Sequence record: OQ689734.1
DNA from: Escherichia phage 4E8
DNA length: 64,000 nucleotides
Direction: 5' to 3' (one strand)
The translations under genes were made by a program, and so were the position numbers. The notes under the pieces are model-generated. The model saw only the letters and a list, made by a program, of their open reading frames with translations, was not told the DNA's origin and did no database searches. Position 1 is the stretch's first letter, and the number at the start of each line of letters is the position of its first letter. Below, piece by piece: positions 9,225 to 19,719 of the stretch.

Positions 9225-9971
9225 ATGGCGATGCCAGACGTTCAAAACCCAATTAATACCTACGGATGGCTTAAGAAGGCTGTGTCCCTCTGGGCTGACC
9301 GTGATGACCCTGAATTTGTTAATCAAATTCCAAACTTTATTAACTTTGCAGAAAAGGAAATCTACCGTAATTTACGTATTCCTCCTCTGGAAAAAGAAGT
9401 CTATTTAGATATTAAAGATGGTGTGGCTTTTATTCCACCAGATTACTTAGAAGCTCAGTGGATGATGAGATCTAAAGATGGTTTAATCTTCCGTGTAACC
9501 TCTCTCGAAGAAGTGGATTGGCTCAAACGTAATAACTCAGTCAACCCAACCAATTGGAATCAGGGAGAAGTTGTCTTTGCTCGTTTAGGTAGCCGGTTTA
9601 TTTTCTACCCTGCAATTGAAGCAGATACTCCAGTTTACCCTGATGATGGTAGCCCTGAGATTCCAGCAGAGAACTCAGTTATTCTCAGCTATTATGCTGA
9701 CCCACCGGAATTCTGGGAAGATTCAGATACAAGCGCTATTCTTACTATTGCCCCAGAACTTCTTCTGTACTTCACCCTACGTCATGCTTGTCTCTTTGTT
9801 CAAGATGATAATGGTGTTCAGAAATGGTCAGCATTAGGAAAAGCTATCCTTGATGAAATAGTAGAGCAGAATAAGAAACAAGAGTACTCAGGTTCACCTT
9901 TAGTTATTCCTAACACGATTAGCCGTCTACATAGCTCTCGTGAAGTATATGGGATTCGTCGTTTTAGATAA
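9225..9971 (+). CDS. virion structural protein (possibly head-tail connector or adaptor; positional)
   Basis: 248 aa, strong SD aggagg, between capsid and tail-fibre genes. Confidence 0.4.
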   Translation: MAMPDVQNPINTYGWLKKAVSLWADRDDPEFVNQIPNFINFAEKEIYRNLRIPPLEKEVYLDIKDGVAFIPPDYLEAQWMMRSKDGLIFRVTSLEEVDWLKRNNSVNPTNWNQGEVVFARLGSRFIFYPAIEADTPVYPDDGSPEIPAENSVILSYYADPPEFWEDSDTSAILTIAPELLLYFTLRHACLFVQDDNGVQKWSALGKAILDEIVEQNKKQEYSGSPLVIPNTISRLHSSREVYGIRRFR

Positions 9972-9980
9972 GGAGAGAAT

Positions 9981-12761
9981 ATGATCGTTTATAATAACCA
10001 AGCACCTTCGGCTGTTAACAACGTTGGTCAGTTTGGTGCAACAGAAGGCTCTATCGGAGCCTATAAACAAGCTGCTGAATACGCAGCTGATTCTAAATAT
10101 TGGGCACTTTTAGCTGAGTCTAAATTTGGTACAGTTGATGACTTGATTGCTCAGGTTGAAATTCTGTACAAACAAGGTGTTCTATTAAAAGAAGATATTG
10201 AAGACTTAAAACAAGACTTCATTGCACAAGATGCTCGTTTGATGAATCTTATTGCTCAAACTAACGCAGCTGTAGCTGATGCAAATAATGCAGTTGCTTT
10301 AATCAACCAGAAACTTGTAGAAGTTCAACGCCAGCTGGATATCCTATTAGGTATGACAGTCACTGTTACTACCCTCCCTCCGGGTTCTGAGGCCACAGGT
10401 TCATTTAACAACCAGACTGGTGAAATTAAACTTGGTATCCCTGAAGGTGAGAAAGGTGCAGATGGTTCTGTTACTGACCTATCTACTGCTCCTACCGGTA
10501 CACCAGAGCTGGGGGACATTGGTTTCTATGTTGACAAAGATGATAACACTGTTCACAAAACAACTCTCGAAGATATTGCCAACCTGATCCCATCTGTTCG
10601 TTCTATTTCTGTTAACGGAGGCCCTACCCTTGATGGCGAAGTTGCTCTTACACTCAACAAAGAGACAGTAGGTCTTGGGAACGTCCTCAACGTAGCTCAG
10701 TATAGTCGTCAAGAGATTAATGACAAGTTTGATAAAACAACTAAAACCTATCAGTCAAAAGCTGAAGCTGATGCAGATGCTCAATACCGACAAGTAGGGG
10801 AGAAGGTTTTGGTGTGGGACTCAACGAAGTATGAATTCTATACTGTTGCAGCGAATAAAACCCTTACTCCGGTTAAAACAGAAGGTCGAATTCTTACGGT
10901 TAACTCTCGTGCTCCTGATTCAACTGGTAACATCGACATTACCATTCCAACAGGAAACCCATCTTTATATCTAGGTGAGATAGTGATGTTCCCTTATGAC
11001 CCAGCTAAAACTGTTTCATATCCGGGAGTTCTTCCTGCGGACGGTCGTCTTGTTCCGAAAGCAAACGCAGCAGACCTTGGGCCCTCTTTAGTCAGTGGTC
11101 AATTGCCTGTAGTTTCTGAAACAGAGTGGCAAGCTGGTGCTCGTCAATATTTTTCTTGGGGTAAATTGGCTGATGGTATTACTGATGCTGATTCTTCTAA
11201 TTTTATTAACATAAGACTTCCTGATTGGACAGGTGGTGAGGCTATTCGCTCCCCTGACTCTGATAAAGATGCTAACTACAAAGGTCGTGTTTTGTCTCAG
11301 GTTCCTTATATTGTTACAGTTAACGGTAAAGCTCCTGATGATATTAATGGGAACGTAGTTCTAACAGCAGCTAATGTTGGGGCAGCATCTTCAGGCGCTA
11401 ACTCTGATATCACGTCTCTTAATGGACTGACTACTCCTCTTTCTGTTGCTCAGGGTGGTACAGGTGTCACCGATATTGGCTCGCTTCGTAGAGCGGCGTT
11501 GGTTCAGGGGGTTCTGTGTAATGATCAGGCTGGCCCTCAATCTTATAACAGTTATAGATCTCCTAACGGGGAGTATGCTTTCAAAGTGGATAACTCAGGT
11601 TTGGTTGCTTCGATTAATGCAGGTACTGAGGAAGTTGTACCTTTTGCAGTAGGGTCGGGTGGCACAGGAGCTACTTCTGCTGACCAAGCTAGGGAGAATC
11701 TAGGTGTTGGTGCTATAGGTACTTTTGGTGGATATTCTATGGTACAGTCCCCAAATAAAAACTACCGATTAGTTTTAGGTAATGATGGAACTTTTACATG
11801 GCAAACCTCCTCTGGTATAACGTCTCCTATCTCAATTGCATCCGGAGGAACTGGTGCTACATCTAGTACTGCTGCTAGAGTAAATCTTAGCGTTGATAAG
11901 CTTGTCCAAAGTTCAACTGACACTAAACTTTTAGATGGTTCAGGAGACCACACATTCTTTATAGCTGGGGATGATTGGGGATATTTCGCTAATTCTGATT
12001 CTTCTCGAATTGCTCTTCCGGTAATCAGTGGTGGTACAGGAGGGAAAACACCAGCAGAAGGCTGTGAAAAGTTAGCGGCAATGCATTATCAGTATGGACA
12101 ATCAACTTTTTATGGTAGTGAATATTTGCCAACAGGTATTGGCTTCTACAGTCAAGATGTTTCCCCATTCCCAGGAGGTAACGGAGCACCATACCCCTAT
12201 GCAGAAATCATGACAATATCAGAAGGAGGTCGTGGTGGCAATTGGTCTCAGATTGGTTTCTCTACTATTACCCACCAAGCTCCTCGGTATCGTCAAAGAA
12301 CTAATGACCCAGCTTTGATCACTAACTGGAGAGACTTCTTGGTCAGAGACTTAAACACAACTGTGGATGTTAACGGTTTTGTTAAAATAGCATCCCCTAT
12401 TGTCAAGCTTAAACCAGACGGCTCCTCTGAAGTTAATGATCAAGCACAAGGCGTAATCACAGAAAGATTAGATGTTGGTGTTTATAAGATCTCTGGAGTC
12501 TTAGGTTTTAACTCCGACCCTTCTTGGGGTGGTAATGGGGGTGGATTCTCTATTCCTCAAAACTCTAATGGACTTCCTTTACTGTGGGTGGATTATGAAG
12601 TGGATGAAGAAGGTGATATTACTCTGAAAACTTATCATCGAACTCACGAGGGAGTTCCTTCTTTTGCAAGTAATGTAATAGAAGGTGTGGTGGATGGAGA
12701 ACCTGTTGACATTCCAGAAGGACGTTGGGTAGATCTTCGTGTAGAGATGCCAACCGAGTAA
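9981..12761 (+). CDS. tail fibre protein
   Basis: 926 aa; four copies of the tail-fibre-type repeat xSGGTG(A/V)T..AR.NLG (LSVAQGGTGVT, FAVGSGGTGATSADQARENLG, ISIASGGTGATSSTAARVNL, VISGGTGGKT); N-terminal coiled coil. Confidence 0.6.
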   Translation: MIVYNNQAPSAVNNVGQFGATEGSIGAYKQAAEYAADSKYWALLAESKFGTVDDLIAQVEILYKQGVLLKEDIEDLKQDFIAQDARLMNLIAQTNAAVADANNAVALINQKLVEVQRQLDILLGMTVTVTTLPPGSEATGSFNNQTGEIKLGIPEGEKGADGSVTDLSTAPTGTPELGDIGFYVDKDDNTVHKTTLEDIANLIPSVRSISVNGGPTLDGEVALTLNKETVGLGNVLNVAQYSRQEINDKFDKTTKTYQSKAEADADAQYRQVGEKVLVWDSTKYEFYTVAANKTLTPVKTEGRILTVNSRAPDSTGNIDITIPTGNPSLYLGEIVMFPYDPAKTVSYPGVLPADGRLVPKANAADLGPSLVSGQLPVVSETEWQAGARQYFSWGKLADGITDADSSNFINIRLPDWTGGEAIRSPDSDKDANYKGRVLSQVPYIVTVNGKAPDDINGNVVLTAANVGAASSGANSDITSLNGLTTPLSVAQGGTGVTDIGSLRRAALVQGVLCNDQAGPQSYNSYRSPNGEYAFKVDNSGLVASINAGTEEVVPFAVGSGGTGATSADQARENLGVGAIGTFGGYSMVQSPNKNYRLVLGNDGTFTWQTSSGITSPISIASGGTGATSSTAARVNLSVDKLVQSSTDTKLLDGSGDHTFFIAGDDWGYFANSDSSRIALPVISGGTGGKTPAEGCEKLAAMHYQYGQSTFYGSEYLPTGIGFYSQDVSPFPGGNGAPYPYAEIMTISEGGRGGNWSQIGFSTITHQAPRYRQRTNDPALITNWRDFLVRDLNTTVDVNGFVKIASPIVKLKPDGSSEVNDQAQGVITERLDVGVYKISGVLGFNSDPSWGGNGGGFSIPQNSNGLPLLWVDYEVDEEGDITLKTYHRTHEGVPSFASNVIEGVVDGEPVDIPEGRWVDLRVEMPTE

Positions 12762-12770
12762 ATTAACAAT

Positions 12771-12790
12771 GCTCCCTTCGGGGAGCTTTA
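12771..12790 (+). terminator. terminator-like hairpin (gctccc TTCG gggagc + TTT)
   Basis: GC stem with UUCG loop after the stop. Confidence 0.4.
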
Positions 12791-12801
12791 AGGAGATTTA
12801 A

Positions 12802-14988
12802 ATGTCTAGAGAATTAATGCCCAAATCTGGGATAATGATGCCTCATGTTGTTATTAACCGAGATGCTGCAGTAGTGGGTGTATCTACTGTAGATGGGGCC
12901 GCTGGTGCTATCAACTTAACAGAAAAATACCTTCAGAAGTCTGACGCTGAAGCAACCTATCAAACGAAAGCAGAAGGGGCTACTAAGCAATATGTAACCG
13001 ACGCTATCAACCCCATTATGACAAATGCTCTTTTTAAAGATGACCCCTTTGTTAATAATGACACACCTATTCGCTCTGGCGGTGGTAATGGTGTTGAATC
13101 GGTAGATATGATTAAAGTCACCCCTGAGAACACCATCAAACTAGGGAGCTATGCTTCTTCTGTTCAGGGGGTTGAGATTCATTCTGCTGGTCGTCTTCAG
13201 GTTGTTGATCAGAACGATTCTGGAGTCGAAACTAAATATCCGGTATACTCCAAAAGATATCGCCCAGAAGTTGAGGATTTACCTTTCGCTTCAATTGGCT
13301 CCTATGTTAAAGACTCCAAAGGACGCACAATTGGTGTAACTCGTACTGGTATCAACTCTGATATCAAACAGTTTACGCAGAAGGTAACTTTCCAGCAACC
13401 TGTTACTATTCCTGATGCTGTAGGTGATTATGATGCAGTTACACTAAGACAGCTTCGTAACAGTGGTGGAGGTTCTGGTGGTCCTACCATGAGCGGTATC
13501 TCCAACTTTGGTATTGGTGATTTCCATCTTCGTGATAGTCGTGCTTTTATCCCAGCTTTTGAAGTGTTATCTGACGGTCAGCTTCTAAATCGTGCAGACT
13601 ATCCGGACCTGTGGGCTTATGCTCAACTGCTATCCCCAATAACTGATGAGGATTGGCGCTCTTCTATGTATAATAGAGGTAAATATTCCACTGGTGATGG
13701 TTCTACTACTTTCCGCGTTCCTGACAGGAATGGTATCCAAAGGAGTGGTGTTAATGGTTTTGTTGGGGAAGACTCTCTGGGAGCGCTGTATGGTCGAGGT
13801 GATGGTGGAGCTTCGGCTGCGAACGGTCTGGTATTTGATTCAGCTGCACCAAACATCTACGGCAACATTGGCGGCGTGGTAGCCTATGGGCAGACTGGTG
13901 CTATCGTCAGGGGGCAGGAAGAAATGGCTTTGGCACCACAACCCACAACAGGCAATGGTGTTTTAAGAGTAAGTTTGGATGCGTCAAAAGTAAGCCCAAT
14001 TTATGGTCGGTCAAACAGTGAAATCATGGGTCGTAACTTTGTTGGTGTTTGGACTATTCGCGCTCATGGTGGTTTTACTGCTGCTAATACTTCTTGGTCT
14101 GTTATTGATAGTGACTCGACAGAGCCTGCATCCGGAACAGTTGTCAGGGGCGGTAGTGTCAAATCTGAATACAAGATTGGTACAAGCCCAAAATATCAAG
14201 CATATCTTCAGGCATATGGGAAAATTGGTGGGTTAGCAATTGACCGAGGTGCAGTTCTATCAAACGGGGTACAGGAGTGGTTCTTTAATCAAGATGGGAC
14301 TTTGTATTTCCCAGACGCAGAGACGCAAATTGGTACATTAAGGTCTGATGGCGCGTTACATATTAGCGCATACGTCAGGCCAAAGGATATCGTTGTAAAT
14401 CCATTAAACTCTGTTGGGGTTGCAGCTTCAGAAAGAAACGCCATCAGAATGATCAACTACGCAAATGTACCAGAAGGGGGTTATATTAACTCAGTTGGTG
14501 GCGACTGGTACGACGGAACGTGGACCCTCGGTGGGGTTAGGAGTGGTTCAACCTTATTGGACCGTGCACAGCTTAACGTCTATGATGGGCTTAGTGGCAG
14601 TGCCTCGTATTTATTCGGTTCTGACGGCATAGCAAGGTGTCAGGAATGGCGAAGCACATCTGACGAACGGATTAAAAGCAATATTGAGCGTATCAGTGAT
14701 CCACTCTCCAAGATGAAAAACATCAAGGGGGTTACGTGGGTTCTGGAAACCAACGGCTCGGTAGGGTACGGATTCATCGCACAGGACGTAGAGAAGGATT
14801 TTCCTGAAGCTGTATCAGAAATAAAGGCTTCACCAGTCACTCTGCGAGACGGGTCTGTGTTGGACAATGTAAAGTCAGTTAACACCTCGGGAGTTGCTGC
14901 TGCGTTGCACCATGAAGCTATTCTTGAACTTATGAAGCAGGTTGAAGATCTTAAGAAAGAGGTGTCAGAGCTTAAGTCTAGTAAGTAA
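12802..14988 (+). CDS. tail fibre/tailspike with C-terminal intramolecular chaperone (peptidase S74-like) domain
   Basis: 728 aa; C-terminus SDERIKSNIERI...NIKGVTW...GFIAQDVEKDFPEAV matches the auto-cleaving chaperone domain signature (Ser-Lys dyad SDxRxK, GFIAQ). Confidence 0.65.
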   Translation: MSRELMPKSGIMMPHVVINRDAAVVGVSTVDGAAGAINLTEKYLQKSDAEATYQTKAEGATKQYVTDAINPIMTNALFKDDPFVNNDTPIRSGGGNGVESVDMIKVTPENTIKLGSYASSVQGVEIHSAGRLQVVDQNDSGVETKYPVYSKRYRPEVEDLPFASIGSYVKDSKGRTIGVTRTGINSDIKQFTQKVTFQQPVTIPDAVGDYDAVTLRQLRNSGGGSGGPTMSGISNFGIGDFHLRDSRAFIPAFEVLSDGQLLNRADYPDLWAYAQLLSPITDEDWRSSMYNRGKYSTGDGSTTFRVPDRNGIQRSGVNGFVGEDSLGALYGRGDGGASAANGLVFDSAAPNIYGNIGGVVAYGQTGAIVRGQEEMALAPQPTTGNGVLRVSLDASKVSPIYGRSNSEIMGRNFVGVWTIRAHGGFTAANTSWSVIDSDSTEPASGTVVRGGSVKSEYKIGTSPKYQAYLQAYGKIGGLAIDRGAVLSNGVQEWFFNQDGTLYFPDAETQIGTLRSDGALHISAYVRPKDIVVNPLNSVGVAASERNAIRMINYANVPEGGYINSVGGDWYDGTWTLGGVRSGSTLLDRAQLNVYDGLSGSASYLFGSDGIARCQEWRSTSDERIKSNIERISDPLSKMKNIKGVTWVLETNGSVGYGFIAQDVEKDFPEAVSEIKASPVTLRDGSVLDNVKSVNTSGVAAALHHEAILELMKQVEDLKKEVSELKSSK

Positions 14989-14994
14989 TCTAGT

Positions 14995-15013
14995 AGCCCC
15001 TTCGGGGGCTTTA
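14995..15013 (+). terminator. terminator-like hairpin (agcccc TTCG ggggct + TTT)
   Basis: GC stem with UUCG loop after the stop. Confidence 0.4.
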
Positions 15014-15082
15014 GTAGTAAGTATGTTCAAGAAGTAATGAAACTACTATATCACAAAAGGAATACACATAGGAGATACGAAG

Positions 15083-15301
15083 ATGAAAATGATGAAACAA
15101 ATTAGTTATGGGTTAGCTTGTGTTGCTACCGGTTTTGCTGTGTCAGTGGCTGTCCCTGTTAATGCAGTGCACCCCCTGGTCACGCAACCTGCACCAATCG
15201 AGAAGTTAAGTGCATCTTGTAAGCAGCGTACAATTCAGAATAACCTTGTGGTTATCTGTCCGGACTCTGATTCTAGTGCTCTGAGAAACATGCTTCAGTA
15301 A
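15083..15301 (+). CDS. small protein with N-terminal hydrophobic/signal-like segment (possible membrane or secreted lysis-associated protein)
   Basis: 72 aa; MKMMKQISYGLACVATGFAVSVAVPVNA hydrophobic N-terminus; immediately upstream of the lysozyme. Confidence 0.4.
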   Translation: MKMMKQISYGLACVATGFAVSVAVPVNAVHPLVTQPAPIEKLSASCKQRTIQNNLVVICPDSDSSALRNMLQ

Positions 15302-15331
15302 TTTAGGGCTGACTGGAAAGGGAGGTGAGAA

Positions 15332-15823
15332 ATGGATAATGTCGCATTGCCACCGATACAACTGAGCTTAAGCCCAGACGGGATGGAATTCATCATGAAG
15401 CATGAAGGTATGAGAACTCGTGCTTACCAAGATTCCGCAGGTATCTGGACGATATGTGTTGGGGCTACGCGCGATATGAATGGGTATCCAGTAAGACAAG
15501 GATTAACGTATTCTATAGAGGATTGTCTAGCTCTGCTAGATAGAGACACACAAGACTCTGTTCGTGCTACTCAGAAAAATATAAGAGTTCCTATGTTAGC
15601 TCACGAGTTTGATGCTGTCACTTCTTTCAATTTTAATGTTGGTGGTGGTGCTCTTTCAACCTCAAAACTTAGGAAAGTAATCAACGGGGACGTAAAGGGT
15701 GATGTTTATTCAGAGTTCTTACGTTGGGATAAGATAACTGTTAAGGGTGTAAAACAGCAGAGTCCGGGGCTTCACAATCGTAGGGTTGCAGAAGCAGACC
15801 TATACACCACAGGAAAATATTAA
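15332..15823 (+). CDS. GH24 phage lysozyme (endolysin or virion-associated muramidase)
   Basis: 163 aa; HEGMRTRAYQDSAGIWTICVG matches the E...D...T catalytic region of T4/lambda-type lysozymes. Confidence 0.75.
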   Translation: MDNVALPPIQLSLSPDGMEFIMKHEGMRTRAYQDSAGIWTICVGATRDMNGYPVRQGLTYSIEDCLALLDRDTQDSVRATQKNIRVPMLAHEFDAVTSFNFNVGGGALSTSKLRKVINGDVKGDVYSEFLRWDKITVKGVKQQSPGLHNRRVAEADLYTTGKY

Positions 15824-15835
15824 TGGAGGTGCCTT

Positions 15836-16639
15836 TTGGCTATCGAAACAACTGCGGTAGTTACTACCGATTTAAACCCTCTGTACCCACGGGACAGGGA
15901 TTATCTTTATGAAGGGGCTGCCCAGATACGACTGGTCAAACAAGTATTAATTAACACCTTTCCTAACATCACAGAGCCAGTTCAACTTGACTCAGATTCT
16001 TTCAACATCTTAGCAAACAAGGTTTCCTTTACTGGAGATTCTATGGATGTTGGAGGTTTGACGATCAAAAACTTAACTCCGGGAACTGGTGATAAAGATG
16101 CTGTAACCAAAGGTCAGATGGAAGCTTTCATGTTAAACTGGATGCAGAATAAACTCTATCGTATTGGGGCTTACTATATCACTGAAGAAGATATCAACCC
16201 CGGAGATTCTAGCTCTCTTGGTTTTGGTTCTTGGGCTAAAGTAACTGGTGTTGTTATGGGTACTGGTGTTGTTAACCCTGATGGCTCTGTTCCTAATGCT
16301 CAGCGTGTAGAGTTCCAAGCAGGTGGTACTGGTGGTCGTGTATTTAACACAATTCGTGCTGACAACATGCCTCTGACTACAATCAATGGTTCTAGTTTTC
16401 AAGTTAGTTCTTATTCTCACTCACATAATATCACAATGGGTCGTGGAGATGCTAGTGGTCACAACAGCAGTCCTAATTGGTATAGTCCGGGTGGTGGTTA
16501 TACTCAGGTAACTGACACTAACACCCACTCTCACTCAATTACAGGTTCTGTTAGTTTTGGACGTGATGATGTATCAAGACAACCTATTAACACTTTGCCG
16601 CCTTTCAGAGCAGCGCATATCTGGAGACGTATTAGCTAA
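15836..16639 (+). CDS. tail-associated structural protein (TTG start)
   Basis: 267 aa ORF starting at TTG 7 nt after ggagg; G/S/T-rich, inside the tail gene block. Confidence 0.4.
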   Translation: MAIETTAVVTTDLNPLYPRDRDYLYEGAAQIRLVKQVLINTFPNITEPVQLDSDSFNILANKVSFTGDSMDVGGLTIKNLTPGTGDKDAVTKGQMEAFMLNWMQNKLYRIGAYYITEEDINPGDSSSLGFGSWAKVTGVVMGTGVVNPDGSVPNAQRVEFQAGGTGGRVFNTIRADNMPLTTINGSSFQVSSYSHSHNITMGRGDASGHNSSPNWYSPGGGYTQVTDTNTHSHSITGSVSFGRDDVSRQPINTLPPFRAAHIWRRIS

Positions 16640-16648
16640 GGAGGAACT

Positions 16649-19600
16649 ATGGCGCTTTATCCAATAAAATCTTTAGGGGCTGTAGGGGTTATTGCTGACC
16701 AAGCTCCGACTGATTTAGCACCTAATGCTTTCACTAATGCTATCAATGCCCGCTTTGTAGAGCAAAGAGTTTTTAAGACGGGGGGCAATGCCCCTCTTTC
16801 TTATGTAGAAGAAGATAAAGAGATTACACCACTTTCTTTTATATCAATGCCTTTTGACTACTATAGTGCAGGTAATAGCTTTCTGATTGTTGGTACAGAC
16901 AAAAAGCTATACAAGCTAACAGATGAAAGTTTGACAGATATTAGCCGAAAGGTTGCTACTGTCACAAAAAGAGCTTCCGCTTCTATTAAGATATATCCGG
17001 TTGTTTCTCAGATTGTTCCTAAAGAAACTTCTATTTCAATGAATTTCAATCAAACTAAAACCTTGGAAGTTTCTATTCTTCCTGAAGATGCTAACAACAC
17101 AGCTTTAGTTTGGGAGGTTAGTAATTCTTCTTATGGTAAAGTAGAAGCTGATACCGAGAACCCTAAAACTGCAACCTTGACGTCTTATGAAAAAGAAGGG
17201 AATTTAGTAGTTACTGTATCAACAGCTGATAAATCTATTAGTGCTCAGATTGCAGTAAACATCATAGACGGTGATTCTGGTATCTTCTTAAGTCAGGATA
17301 CAATAACTGTCCGCAAAGGTGGTAACACAACGCTAACTGCTGTTACTGGAAAAACTCCTGTAACTTGGGTCTCTAGTAATGCTTCTGTTGTGTCTGTAAC
17401 ACCTAATGCTAATACACTGACAGCTACTTTGTCTGCTAATGGTGAGGGTACTGTAACAATAACTGCTGATAACGGAACTAAGAGTGCTTCTTGTCAAATT
17501 ACTGTTATACCTCAGATAGACAGTATCACTCTGAGTCAGACAAGCGTTCAAATGAGCAGGGGTACTCAGTATGTTTTAACTGCTACGATTAATCCTTCAG
17601 ATGCTCCCAATAAAAGCATAACTTGGACTTCCTCTAATCCTGCCATTGCCACAGTTTCTGGAAATAGTACAGAAGCGGTAATAACAGGGTTACTAGCTGG
17701 GTTTACTGAAATCACAGCTGTTACTCAAGAGGGTGATAGATCAGCAACCTGTACAGTGAGAGTTGATTTAGCTGGGAGAATGATGCGAACTTCTGCAATG
17801 GCTTTATCAGAACCTGTTGTAGATTCTATACAAGAAGAAGAAACCAATAATACTCCTACCGAATCAGAAGAGGTTTTATATTTTGTTAATGAGCCATCTG
17901 GAGTTGATACCTCAGGAATGTATGAAGGTAACAACTTCTATGATTACTCAAACGTCAATGATATGGAAGGTTTTGCACGAGCTGCACTTATGTCCAGCGA
18001 TACTCCGTTGCAATCTTTATCACTAGATATCATCGATGCCTCTCTTGATGTTGGGGAAGATATTGTAATTACAGCCAATGCTTTGCCTGAGGGAGAGTAT
18101 TTCTATCAGTGGACAGTGGACAAAGCAGGATATGTTTCAACCACATCTACTACCGGGAAATCTCTAAAACTGACAGCTATTCGTAAAGGTGAGATCAAAG
18201 TTACTTGTACTGCTAGTCAAATGACTCAGAAAGATTATGATGCTTTTGACGACTATCCTTGGTATCACACCATAATCTCTAACTGTGCAGTGGCTACCAC
18301 TCACTATGAAACACCACAGGTCAAAGAATTTGAATCTGAGTATTTCGTAGATCTTCCGGGATGGGGTGAGCAAACAGTCGTTGATAATGATGGCAACCCT
18401 TCTGTTAAGAAATTTAACTGGAAGTGTGAGCGTATTCGTGCATTCAACAACAGACTTTTTGCTCTGAATATGAGGGAATCTAATGCATCTGGTGTAACTA
18501 CTCACTACCCTCTAAGACTTCGGTGGTCGAATTTCGCTAACGAAAACAAAGCTCCATCTCTTTGGGATGATTATGCTTATGATCGTTTAACAACTTCAGA
18601 CCTATCAGCAAACATTGTTGGTCAAACTGAGGCTTTGGAAAATGGGTACGCTGGGTATATAGATTTAGCAGATTCTAACGGAAGCTTGATTGATGTACTT
18701 CCTCTGAAAGATTACCTTTTTGTTTACACGGAGTTCGAAACCTACATTGGTTCTCCAACCAATAACACATATCAGCCCCTTATGTTTAAGAAGCTGTTTA
18801 ATGACTCTGGCATACTTGCTCCTGAGTGTGCAGTTGAAGTCGAAGGTGGACACTTCGTAGTAACTCAAAATGATGTGATCTTACATAATGGTGCATCTAA
18901 AAAATCTATAGCATCTAACCGAGTCAAGAATCTTCTCATTAATGAGATCTGTCTAGTAAACCCTCTAGCTACTAGAGTTCACCTACACCAAGACAAGAAA
19001 GAGGTTTGGGTTTTATATGTAGGTCCGGGAGAGCCTAAAGAGAGTTTTGCTTGTAATAAAGCCGCTGTTTGGAATTATGAGTTTGACACTTGGTCTTTCC
19101 GTACAATACCATATGCTCAGTGTATTGGGTTAGTCGATCCACCAGTTCTTGAGAGAGGTCCAATCTGGGCAGATTTTCAAGAGATCACTTGGGATGATCC
19201 CTCTATTAACCAATTAGTCTGGAGAAAGGATGCTAATAACTTCCGTCAAAGGATTACAATAGTTGGCTCTTTCCTGAAGGGATTCTATCAAGTGGATGTT
19301 GGTGCTCTGGACTACATCTATGACAGAACCAATGATAGGATTATAGAAAAACCTTTAGAAATGAGGCTAGAAAGAACTGGTATTGATTTTGATAGTGTCA
19401 CTAACGAGTGGAATCAAAAACATATTAATAGATTTAGACCTCAAGTCACTGGTACGGGTACTTATACTTTTGAAGTCGGTGGAAGTCAATTCTCAAACGA
19501 GTATGGACACAATCACTCAACTAAAGAGTTTAAGGTAGGCTCAGACCGTCATGTATCTGTGAGGCTGAACCATCCATACCTATTCTATAATGTTATAGAT

Positions 19601-19669
19601 AATGATGTTAACAGTAATGCTTCTATGAATGGTTTAACCATAGAGTTTAATGTTGGCGGTCGAAGATAA
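16649..19669 (+). CDS. large tail protein with three Big_2-type Ig-like domains
   Basis: 1006 aa; three repeats of the pattern ...tLtatv.P...tn..vtW.Ssn..vAtV...g.vta...G.a.ita... between about residues 120 and 370. Confidence 0.6.
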   Translation: MALYPIKSLGAVGVIADQAPTDLAPNAFTNAINARFVEQRVFKTGGNAPLSYVEEDKEITPLSFISMPFDYYSAGNSFLIVGTDKKLYKLTDESLTDISRKVATVTKRASASIKIYPVVSQIVPKETSISMNFNQTKTLEVSILPEDANNTALVWEVSNSSYGKVEADTENPKTATLTSYEKEGNLVVTVSTADKSISAQIAVNIIDGDSGIFLSQDTITVRKGGNTTLTAVTGKTPVTWVSSNASVVSVTPNANTLTATLSANGEGTVTITADNGTKSASCQITVIPQIDSITLSQTSVQMSRGTQYVLTATINPSDAPNKSITWTSSNPAIATVSGNSTEAVITGLLAGFTEITAVTQEGDRSATCTVRVDLAGRMMRTSAMALSEPVVDSIQEEETNNTPTESEEVLYFVNEPSGVDTSGMYEGNNFYDYSNVNDMEGFARAALMSSDTPLQSLSLDIIDASLDVGEDIVITANALPEGEYFYQWTVDKAGYVSTTSTTGKSLKLTAIRKGEIKVTCTASQMTQKDYDAFDDYPWYHTIISNCAVATTHYETPQVKEFESEYFVDLPGWGEQTVVDNDGNPSVKKFNWKCERIRAFNNRLFALNMRESNASGVTTHYPLRLRWSNFANENKAPSLWDDYAYDRLTTSDLSANIVGQTEALENGYAGYIDLADSNGSLIDVLPLKDYLFVYTEFETYIGSPTNNTYQPLMFKKLFNDSGILAPECAVEVEGGHFVVTQNDVILHNGASKKSIASNRVKNLLINEICLVNPLATRVHLHQDKKEVWVLYVGPGEPKESFACNKAAVWNYEFDTWSFRTIPYAQCIGLVDPPVLERGPIWADFQEITWDDPSINQLVWRKDANNFRQRITIVGSFLKGFYQVDVGALDYIYDRTNDRIIEKPLEMRLERTGIDFDSVTNEWNQKHINRFRPQVTGTGTYTFEVGGSQFSNEYGHNHSTKEFKVGSDRHVSVRLNHPYLFYNVIDNDVNSNASMNGLTIEFNVGGRR

Positions 19670-19675
19670 CAAATA

Positions 19676-19705
19676 GGGGCTTCGGCCCCTTTTATTGTTT
19701 TTTTT
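19676..19705 (+). terminator. rho-independent terminator (ggggc TTCG gcccc + long T-run)
   Basis: perfect 5-bp GC stem, UUCG loop, ttttattgtttttttt. Confidence 0.6.
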
Positions 19706-19719
19706 AATTGGAGGTACTT